From: Thermoflexales bacterium
GTDB lineage: Bacteria; Chloroflexota; Anaerolineae; B4-G1
Direction of reading: 5' to 3'
Assembly: GCA_007123205.1 (NCBI GenBank)
Contig: SKLM01000346.1
Coordinates: 1 to 36,041 of the forward strand
Length of the DNA stretch: 36,041 nt
Below are positions 1-7,034 of the stretch, one piece after another; position 1 is the stretch's first letter; every line of letters starts with the position of its first letter. The position numbers and the translations under genes are program-made. The notes beneath the pieces were generated by a model that saw nothing but the letters and a program-made list of their open reading frames with translations, searched no databases and was not told where the DNA came from.

Positions 1-2420
1 GACTGCGCTGTTGCTTCGTGAAGCCATCGCGCCAGCGCCAGGCCTTCCTCCGCCTCGGAGATGGCGTCCTCATAGTGGCCCCCCGAGTTAAGGTAGCGCA
101 CGCGATGCATGACGGCCAGCAACCGGAGAGTGTCTTTGTCGGTGGACCGGGCGAGGGCAGCGAGCGCCCCCAGGTCCGCGTCCCGGTCCTCCAGCCGTCC
201 CTGGAGGAAGCGCACGTGAGCACGGCTGATCAAGATCTCACCGCGGAGAGCCAGGTATTCGTCCCGGGAACGGTCGGGATCGAGCTGTTCCAATAGCTCA
301 AGCATGCGGCTATGGATCGCCTCGGCCTCCTCCCAGGCGAAGAGTTCGTTGGCTTGCTGCGCGGCCTGGCGGTAGTAGCGGAGCGCTTTCGCCTCCTGAC
401 TACTGAGGTCAAGGTGTCGTGCGACCTGGGCAGCGGGCTGCGGATGAACTCGTTCCAGGGCGCGCGCAGCACGGCGATGGAGCACGCGGCGACGCACGGG
501 ACCGAGTGCCTCCTCCACGGCCCGCCGGATCAGTCCGTGTTCGAATCGGTAGGCGGGTGGGTGCTCCGCGACGAGCTGGCGCGCCACTGCCTCATCGAGA
601 GCCTCAACAGTCTCGAGTTCGCCCCGGCCTGCTGTGCGCCGCACCAGATCGAAGTCGAATGACTGACCAAGGACGGCACCGGCCTCCAGCACTTGCCGGG
701 CCTGGGGACTGAGCCGCCGGAGGCGGGCCTGGACAACCTGCCGGACGCTGTCGGGTAGCGGGGCCTCGTCGAGGCCGCTGAGATCCTCGTGCAGCTCCCC
801 GGCTTCCAGGAGCGCGCGGAGCGTCTCGAGAAGGAAGAAAGGGTTGCCGCCCGTAGCAGCGTGGAGGCGCTGAGAGAGAGCGGCGTCCCCCGGGCGGGGG
901 CCGGTCAGGTGATGGATGATTTCGAGGATCGGTTGGCACTCCAGGCCGGTCAGGCGGAGCTCGGAGAGGACACCGAGACGGACCAGATTGCGGCGGAGGT
1001 TATCGACAGCTTCCTGCTCGATGGTACGATACGTGCCCAGGATCAAGATGGGGTGACGTCCTGTGGGCGCGTCGACCTCAGGGCGGTCGGTCATACGACG
1101 AGCGAGGCAAACGAGCCAGTCGAGAGTGGCGCTGTCGGCCCAGTGGAGATCGTCGAGGCAGAGGAGAAGGGGCCGGTCTGCGTTGGCAATGGCAAATGTC
1201 AGTTGACATAGAGCCTCCTGAAGGCGGGTGCGCGCCTCATCCGGTTCCACTGACAGGGGCGGGGGAAGGTCAGGCCACATCTCGCGCAGCTCGGGGAGTA
1301 GGCGCGCGGCCTCAGCCAGCCAGATGGGTTCGGTGGTCGTCGTGAGGATATCCCAGCAGGGCAGGCAGCGGAAGGCCGAGACCACGGTCCGGTAGGGGAA
1401 CGGCTGCTCCCACAACCGGGCGGTCGCGACCAGGACGAGTACCCTCTCTCTGGACTCGGTGGCGAATTCCTCCACGAGGCGGGACTTGCCGATGCCGGGC
1501 TCGCCCGAGAGCAGAACCACCCCACTGCGACCCTCCAGCGCGTGCGAGAGAGCCTTTCTAAGCTCGCTGCAAACGGCGTCGCGTCCTACCAGGGGCACGT
1601 CCAGGCCAGGCAGAGTGGACCAGGAAAGGTCGCGGTCCGCCGGTGCCGGAGTGGGCTGGCGGTTCTTCAGCGCGCTCTCATAGACCGCGCGGGTCTCCGG
1701 CAGAGGGCGGACACCGAGCTCGCGTTCCAGGACAGCGGTGCAGCGCTCAAACTGGTGAAACGCGGCGCTGCGATTCCCGGCTGCGGCGTAAAGCGCGATC
1801 AAGCGGCGATGAACACCCTCGGCCAGCTCGTCGGTGGCGAGATAGCGGTGGGCACAGGTGATGGCGACGTCGTACTCGTGCCGGGCGGCATGCTTCTCGA
1901 CCAGGGCTGACAGCAAACCGAGATAGAGACGCTCCAATTCACGCTGTTCCTGGAGGACCCATGCCTCGAACTCGGGGCTCCGGGGGAGAGAGAAACCGTT
2001 CAGGAAGGGTCCACGGTACAGAGCGGAGGCCTCACGAAGGTCTTCGATTCCGCCCTCGGGTTGGGATAGCGAGATAAAGGACGTGAGATCGCTGGTGAAG
2101 CAGTCGGGATCGAGGCCGATGCAGTCGCGCGAGGTCAGGAGCGAAGTTGGGTCGGGGAGGGCACGCCTCAAGTGAGTCAGGAGACCGGTGAGATTGCGGC
2201 GGGCCTCGGACTCGCGGAGGTCGGGCCAGAAGAGGAAGCAGATCCGTTCACGCGGGCTGAGCTCCGATTGTGCCGCGAGGTAGTAGAGCAGAGCGCGAAC
2301 CTGGCGTCGAGGCGCGGTCAGAATGGCCCGCCCAGAGACCAAGCGAGGCGGACCGAGCAGGTAGACCTCAAGGTTCTCGGGCCTGGGTGGTGCGTGTGGA
2401 GAGGCCGAACGGCTGGACAT
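1..2420 (-). CDS. Large SARP/AfsR-type transcriptional regulator (OmpR-like winged helix + BTAD, central P-loop NTPase, C-terminal helical/TPR-like repeats); 3' end runs off the window
   Basis: Missing from the ORF track because no stop lies inside the window. My translation of the minus strand from ATG 2420 (GGAGGTG 4 nt upstream) stays open to base 1. It reads MSSRSASPHAPPRPENLEVYLLGPPRLVSGRAILTAPRRQVRALLYYLAAQ..., then ...EASALYRGPFLNGFSLPRSPEFEAW... (BTAD-like), ...EGRSGVVLLSGEPGIGKSRLVE... (Walker A) and ...DRPLLLCLDDLHWADSATLDWL... (Walker B). None of the listed minus-strand ORFs in 1-2420 is in this frame. Confidence 0.85.
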   Translation of the reverse strand, partial: MSSRSASPHAPPRPENLEVYLLGPPRLVSGRAILTAPRRQVRALLYYLAAQSELSPRERICFLFWPDLRESEARRNLTGLLTHLRRALPDPTSLLTSRDCIGLDPDCFTSDLTSFISLSQPEGGIEDLREASALYRGPFLNGFSLPRSPEFEAWVLQEQRELERLYLGLLSALVEKHAARHEYDVAITCAHRYLATDELAEGVHRRLIALYAAAGNRSAAFHQFERCTAVLERELGVRPLPETRAVYESALKNRQPTPAPADRDLSWSTLPGLDVPLVGRDAVCSELRKALSHALEGRSGVVLLSGEPGIGKSRLVEEFATESRERVLVLVATARLWEQPFPYRTVVSAFRCLPCWDILTTTTEPIWLAEAARLLPELREMWPDLPPPLSVEPDEARTRLQEALCQLTFAIANADRPLLLCLDDLHWADSATLDWLVCLARRMTDRPEVDAPTGRHPILILGTYRTIEQEAVDNLRRNLVRLGVLSELRLTGLECQPILEIIHHLTGPRPGDAALSQRLHAATGGNPFFLLETLRALLEAGELHEDLSGLDEAPLPDSVRQVVQARLRRLSPQARQVLEAGAVLGQSFDFDLVRRTAGRGELETVEALDEAVARQLVAEHPPAYRFEHGLIRRAVEEALGPVRRRVLHRRAARALERVHPQPAAQVARHLDLSSQEAKALRYYRQAAQQANELFAWEEAEAIHSRMLELLEQLDPDRSRDEYLALRGEILISRAHVRFLQGRLEDRDADLGALAALARSTDKDTLRLLAVMHRVRYLNSGGHYEDAISEAEEGLALARWLHEATAQ

Positions 2421-2485
2421 AGTGCACCTCCCCGGGACTGGCAGCCTGGCCCGGCTGCAAGGAAGCCGCGTCTGACCCAGGGTAC

Positions 2486-2513
2486 ATTATATTATGATGT
2501 CCCCTGGAGTCAA
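2486..2513 (-). promoter_or_regulatory. Sigma70-type promoter for the SARP regulator gene
   Basis: The minus strand reads TTGACT (2513-2508), a 16 nt spacer, then TATAAT (2491-2486). This sits about 60 nt upstream of ATG 2420. Confidence 0.5.
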
Positions 2514-2640
2514 GGGCAGGCGATCAGAGTTCTGTCATTTTCAAGTAACGATGTTGTAGAGGCATAGTGATGACCTTAAAGGAGCAACTATCTCTGCGGT
2601 TGCTTCGTTGAAGGAGGGGAAGCCGACGCCAAACGACTCC

Positions 2641-3190
2641 TGACAGTATAATCCGGGCCATTCCGACCATCGATTCCGATGGATTCGGTCCACTCATTCC
2701 GAGCCATTCCGTCCACCTGTACCGGCGGCACACCGACCACGTTTCCAAACACATCGGAATCGGTGGACGACACGGTTCGGATTCGGTGGACGGCACCCTC
2801 GGAATCCTGAAGGAAGGCAGAGCGCACAGGGAGCGACGCTCGTCAATCTTGCGTAGTTTTGGCATCCTTTGCGTCAAAAAAACAAAGGAGGGAGAGAAGG
2901 CCCCAGAAGGGTTAACCGTGCGCAAGATCGGAGGAGTTCTCCGTCTGAAGTGGGCCTGTGGACGGTCGAACCGGGCGATTGCCCGAAGCTGCTCCATCTC
3001 CCACAGCACCGTAGGTGAATGCGTCCAGCGGGCCGAGGACTCAGTGCTCGATTGGAGGCTTACTCCGGACTTGGATGAGGATGGGTTCCTTGAGATCCTC
3101 TTCCTCAGGCCGCTCGACTCCAGCTCGAGAGTCACCCCTTGCCCTGAGTGGTCTTGAATTCACGCTGCACTGCACAAGAAGAGTGTCACC
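2641..3190 (+). mobile_element. Truncated IS21-family insertion sequence (left end plus 5' part of istA only)
   Basis: The terminus-like TGACAGTATAATCC at 2641 is followed by several copies of a short motif in both orientations, as in IS21-family multi-repeat ends: CCATTCCGACCA, GGATTCGGTCCAC, CCATTCCGTCCAC, GGAATCGGTGGAC, GGATTCGGTGGAC. An istA-like N-terminus follows. No istB, no right end and no matching inverted terminus occur in the window. Confidence 0.6.
2918..3157 (+). pseudogene. IS21-family transposase IstA, N-terminal HTH fragment (frameshifted and truncated)
   Basis: From GTG 2918 the frame reads VRKIGGVLRLKWACGRSNRAIARSCSISHSTVGECVQRAEDSVLDWRLTPDLDEDGFLEILFLRP...PEWS*. This matches the typical IstA start (xRKIREVLRLkwxxGLSxRxIARSxGISRSTVxxYLxRAEAAGLSWPLPxxLDDxxLExLLF). 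After the stop the resemblance continues in the +1 frame (IHAALHKKSVTF versus IHxELxRKGVTL) and is then lost near 3190. Confidence 0.7.
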
Positions 3191-3439
3191 TTCTACGAAC
3201 AGCTCACGGAGGGGCAGGCAACCCCCGAGGAGCTGGTGCAGGAGTCATTCCGCTCTCTGCTGGCGCGGGAACCGAAGGAATCGATCCTGCGCGGGTTCGG
3301 TCTCACCGTCATCAGCGACTACTTCCCCGCCTACGAGCGGGTGATCAAGAAGCGGCTGTGACGGCAGAGGCCGGGTTTGCGCGGCTCCCGGTGCGGCTTA
3401 CGCCTCCCCACCCCGGCTGTGCGGTGGGTGGTCCGCCGA

Positions 3440-3468
3440 TTGACAGAATAGCGTCTATGTAGTATAAT
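3440..3468 (+). promoter_or_regulatory. Consensus sigma70-type promoter upstream of the opine-DH operon
   Basis: TTGACA (3440-3445), an exactly 17 nt spacer, then TATAAT (3463-3468). No other convincing promoter lies between here and the start at 3872. Confidence 0.6.
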
Positions 3469-3871
3469 ACGGTCGTACAGCATTCGTTGTACCCCGGCCA
3501 ATCTCCAGTTGGGACGTCTGGCCCGCCCCTGCGGGAGGAGGATCCGCAACGATCTTCCTGGTTCCCGGCAGATCACTTTGGCCACGCGACAGTACCCGTA
3601 GTAAGCGCCGTTCTACTTGTTGGACGCCAAGAATCGGGTCTCCGACCCATCTCTGGGACGTTCACGACACAATCTCCGTAGACAGACTGCAGACCTGCCA
3701 GGCGTCTTCGCCCCTGGCGTATGTGGTGCAGGTCCGATTGGAGCAGTGGCTGCCTCTCAGTCACCCTATGCTGTACCAATAGTCAGGGGCAAGGTTGCCC
3801 TTTGCCCCAGCGGCAATGATTGGGGCGTCCGAGCCCGGGGTCCGCACCTCTTCTACCAGGAAAGGAGGACA

Positions 3872-5134
3872 GTGTTGGCAAGAGTTGGCCTTTACGGTGT
3901 GAGCACGCAGTCGGGTCACGCTTTCCTGGCGGACTGCCTCTTGATGGGTCTCGACGTGTACGGATACGCGCGCCCGTCCCAGCATGGCATGGAGACAGTG
4001 GAGACGCTCGTCGAGCAAGGCGGGATCTACCTGCAGAGGCCGGCCGGTCGCGGGGAGGAAACCTCGAGATTCCTTCCTCTGGGGCAGGCCGAGGTTGGAC
4101 ATGATCTCAAGAGACTGGTCGATGGGTCCGATATCATCATCCTCGCTCATCCGTCCCATTACCAGGAGGATAGCGCCGGGCGGCTGAAAGAGGCAGGCCT
4201 GCTGGAGGAGCGCCGTGTCGTGCTCGTCCTCTCGCCCTCAAGGACTCTGGCGACGCCCTACCTATGGCGGATCCTCGGAGAGCACTATCCGGTCGTATGT
4301 TTCCAGACCTGCCCTTACTCATGCAAATCCACCTCCCCCGGCTCAACCTATATCAAACGAAGGAAGAACAGCTGGATCGGGTCGGTGGAGGGAGAGGTTC
4401 CCCGGGAACCCCTGGCCGCGTTGAAGCGGATGTTCCCCCAGTTGCTCACCAGCCGGATTCCTGCCACGACTTCACTGGGCAACATCGGGGCAGTGTTCCA
4501 CCCGGCCACTTACCTGCTGAACTATGATGGCATCCTGGCGGCGGCAGCAAAGAACACCGTCTTCCCTTTCTACGTTGAGGGTATCGCCGGAAACTCCCGC
4601 GTGGCCAGGGTCTTAGGGGAGATCGACCAGATCCGACTGCAGATCGCACGTGCGCTTGGCATCTCCGTCTTTGGGCTGGCGGATGATCCCAGAGAGGAGG
4701 AGTGGGCAGCCATCCTGAAGACGGTGCCGATGTCAGCAGAAGACTCGGCGGACACTCCGGAGCTAAAGCACTTGCGGGCGAAGTGCCTCCAGCCCATACA
4801 CGACTCAGTTGTCTCGGCACAACACTGGTTGGCCTACACCTATGGGGTCGCAAGAATTCCAGGCGAATCGCTGGGCGACGCCATCGGAAGAACGTCCACG
4901 TACCGGAGGAGATCGTATCCCCAGGAACGATACATCCACGAGGACGTTCCCACGGGCCTGGTTCCTCTCGAGAGCCTCGCTGACAGGCTAAGCATCCCAC
5001 ATGAGCCCATCACGCAGATCATCGATCTGTACCGAGAGGTGACGGGAAGGGATGGACGGAGGATTGGCAGGAACCTGGAGCCGTTCGATACCGAATACCT
5101 GAAGCGGTGTCTACAGGGTAGACTGGGGGCGTAG
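3872..5134 (+). CDS. Opine (octopine/nopaline-type) dehydrogenase family oxidoreductase
   Basis: ORF 3617..5134 is trimmed to the in-frame GTG 3872 (TTG 3875 is an alternative), just after AGGAGG at 3863-3868. The product tracks Arthrobacter-type opine dehydrogenase along its length as I remember it: ...GHAF near the N-terminus, TTSLGNIGAVFHPATYLLN, FPFYVEGI, and RYIHEDVPTGLVPLESLADRLSIP. Confidence 0.85.
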   Translation: MLARVGLYGVSTQSGHAFLADCLLMGLDVYGYARPSQHGMETVETLVEQGGIYLQRPAGRGEETSRFLPLGQAEVGHDLKRLVDGSDIIILAHPSHYQEDSAGRLKEAGLLEERRVVLVLSPSRTLATPYLWRILGEHYPVVCFQTCPYSCKSTSPGSTYIKRRKNSWIGSVEGEVPREPLAALKRMFPQLLTSRIPATTSLGNIGAVFHPATYLLNYDGILAAAAKNTVFPFYVEGIAGNSRVARVLGEIDQIRLQIARALGISVFGLADDPREEEWAAILKTVPMSAEDSADTPELKHLRAKCLQPIHDSVVSAQHWLAYTYGVARIPGESLGDAIGRTSTYRRRSYPQERYIHEDVPTGLVPLESLADRLSIPHEPITQIIDLYREVTGRDGRRIGRNLEPFDTEYLKRCLQGRLGA

Positions 5135-5135
5135 C

Positions 5136-7016
5136 GTGAGCAGGCGCTGTATGCTGGCCACGTTGGGAGACGACCCCCATACCCAGGGGCTGTACAGAGC
5201 CGCGCGGCTGGCCCGAAGAGCGGGGGTCGCCGTACACATCGTTCCGCCGGGAACACCGGATCGGGAGATTCTGGAGTGGATTCACCGGGAGGATCCGAGC
5301 TATATCGGCTTGAGCTACAGGCTCAGCCCCCAGATCGGTTTTCGACTGCTGACTCGGTTCTTGAGGCTTCTCGATGAGACGGGGCTGCTCCGCGAGGCCG
5401 ATGGAGCGCCGCGGAAGATCGCCTTCGCGGGCCTGCCCGACACAATGCGCGCTGTCGAAGAGGGGGAGGGGAGTCTTCCGTGCGCGGTCGCCACCATACA
5501 GCAGGATGATGACCTGCTCCAGAGGGCCGCAAGGGTGCTGCAGTTCTTTGAAGTGCCGGATTCGCCCAGACACGCCATTCTCCGAGAGCTTGAAGGCGAG
5601 GTCTATCCTCCCACCATAGCGGAGTTGGATCAGCTGGCCCGGGCGATCACCGCTGACGATTCGTACCGGGCCGAACCTCCGCTACCCGTTCCCTCAGCGG
5701 CGGCCATGCAGTCCCTGCCGCGACGCATGCGCGAGTCGGATATACCGGTTCTGCGAACGCACTTCGGCGTCCCTGGCGAGTCGATCCAGCCGACCGTCGA
5801 GGGGATGGCAGCCCTCGCCGAATCCAGGGTGGTCGACGAAATCTCGTTGGGTTCCTCGGACCTATCCCAACGATACTTCGGCAAGCCGGAGGAGTTCGTC
5901 GGGCGGAAGAACGACGGTGGCGTGCCCTACAAGACGTTCGACGACCTGGTGGAGCTGGCCCAGGCAGCGCGACGGGGTAACTTCCCCTCGGTGAAGCCCT
6001 ACGCCCACGTCGTCGATCTGGCGAGCTTCGTCGATACATGCATCGAGGCGGGCATGTTGACCGGAGCCCATCAAGCTATCCCGCTGTACTGGTTCAACGA
6101 GTTGGACGGCCGAGGCCCTATGACGGTCGCAGAATCGATCCGCCAACACCTGGCGGCGGTGAGAAGGCTGGCCGAACGGGACATCCCCGTCGAGATGAAC
6201 GATCCAAACCAGTGGTCATCCCGGTGGGCCCACGACACCATCATCTGCGCGGACTATGGGCTGATCACGGCTGTCATGCTCAACGCCGGCGTGCGCGATC
6301 TGGTGCTCCAGATGCAGGTCAACAAGCCCCGGGAGACCGGTGACCTGGCGGACCTGGCAAAGATGACCGCAAGCCTGGAACTGGTGAAGGAGCTGCTGCC
6401 CCGCGGTCGAGACAGGCCCACTGTGTGGAGGCAGACCCGAACGGGCGTCGGGTATTTCGATCCGGAACTCGATACCGCCAGGTTCCAGCTGGCGAGATCC
6501 ACCTTGCTGCAGATGCTGTTGTCGCCGGACATCATCCACGTGGTGAGCTACTGCGAGGCCGACCACGCGGCGACGGTGGAGGACATCGTGGACAGCTCGA
6601 AGCTGGTGAGACGGTGTGTTCGAGCTTTCAAGCAGCACGAGTCGCAGCTGAGGAGACACCTGCGCGACCCCATCGTGGTGGAGCGGCGAGCATTGCTGGT
6701 CGAGGAAGCACGATTCCTGCTGCGGAGGATCGCCCGTCTGGGCCCGGAGAGGGATGTGGCTCGACATCGCCGCCGACAGGCTGTCGACGGAGGCCCTCTG
6801 CGGCGGTTGGTGCCCGATCTTGCAGATGAGGGAGCGTTGATCGAAGCGTTGCGACGAGGCTACCTCGCTGCTCCCGGCATCTTCCATCCGGCATATCGGG
6901 CCTGCCGGAAGCTGACGACAGGACCGACCCAGAACGGGTTCATCGACTGCCTCGATCCGCGGACAGGCTTACGGGTGCCGGAAGACGTGAGACTGGCTTC
7001 GTCGGGACCTGGGTGA
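5136..7016 (+). CDS. Cobalamin-binding-domain protein fused to a large C-terminal domain (possible glutamate-mutase-E-like barrel); function unknown
   Basis: GTG 5136 lies 1 nt after the upstream stop (ATG 5151 is an alternative). Residues 13-18, DPHTQG, fit the DxHxxG B12 lower-ligand motif within CMLATLGDDPHTQGL...YIGLSYRLS...KIAFAGLPD. No CxxxCxxC radical-SAM motif is present. The segments RTHFGVPG, SLGSSDLSQRYFG, AIPLYWFNELDGRG, VEMNDPNQWSSRWAHD and GYLAAPGIFHP occur in the same order as comparable GlmE/MutE segments. That comparison is from memory and is not verified. Confidence 0.7.
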   Translation: MSRRCMLATLGDDPHTQGLYRAARLARRAGVAVHIVPPGTPDREILEWIHREDPSYIGLSYRLSPQIGFRLLTRFLRLLDETGLLREADGAPRKIAFAGLPDTMRAVEEGEGSLPCAVATIQQDDDLLQRAARVLQFFEVPDSPRHAILRELEGEVYPPTIAELDQLARAITADDSYRAEPPLPVPSAAAMQSLPRRMRESDIPVLRTHFGVPGESIQPTVEGMAALAESRVVDEISLGSSDLSQRYFGKPEEFVGRKNDGGVPYKTFDDLVELAQAARRGNFPSVKPYAHVVDLASFVDTCIEAGMLTGAHQAIPLYWFNELDGRGPMTVAESIRQHLAAVRRLAERDIPVEMNDPNQWSSRWAHDTIICADYGLITAVMLNAGVRDLVLQMQVNKPRETGDLADLAKMTASLELVKELLPRGRDRPTVWRQTRTGVGYFDPELDTARFQLARSTLLQMLLSPDIIHVVSYCEADHAATVEDIVDSSKLVRRCVRAFKQHESQLRRHLRDPIVVERRALLVEEARFLLRRIARLGPERDVARHRRRQAVDGGPLRRLVPDLADEGALIEALRRGYLAAPGIFHPAYRACRKLTTGPTQNGFIDCLDPRTGLRVPEDVRLASSGPG

Positions 7017-7034
7017 CCTGAGAAGGAGTTCGAG

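Noticed and set aside
2524-3135. 203-aa minus-strand ORF across the IS21 fragment
   Set aside because: It overlaps the IstA-like frame on the other strand. It runs through the terminal-repeat region and has no recognisable domain.
3617-3871. N-terminal 85-codon extension of the opine dehydrogenase ORF (track start 3617)
   Set aside because: The extension has no similarity to the family. The family N-terminus aligns at 3872/3875, where an AGGAGG site is present. In high-GC DNA, ORFs often stay open upstream of the true start.
6216-6887. 223-aa minus-strand ORF inside the B12-domain gene
   Set aside because: It is an antisense shadow ORF with no motifs and no RBS.
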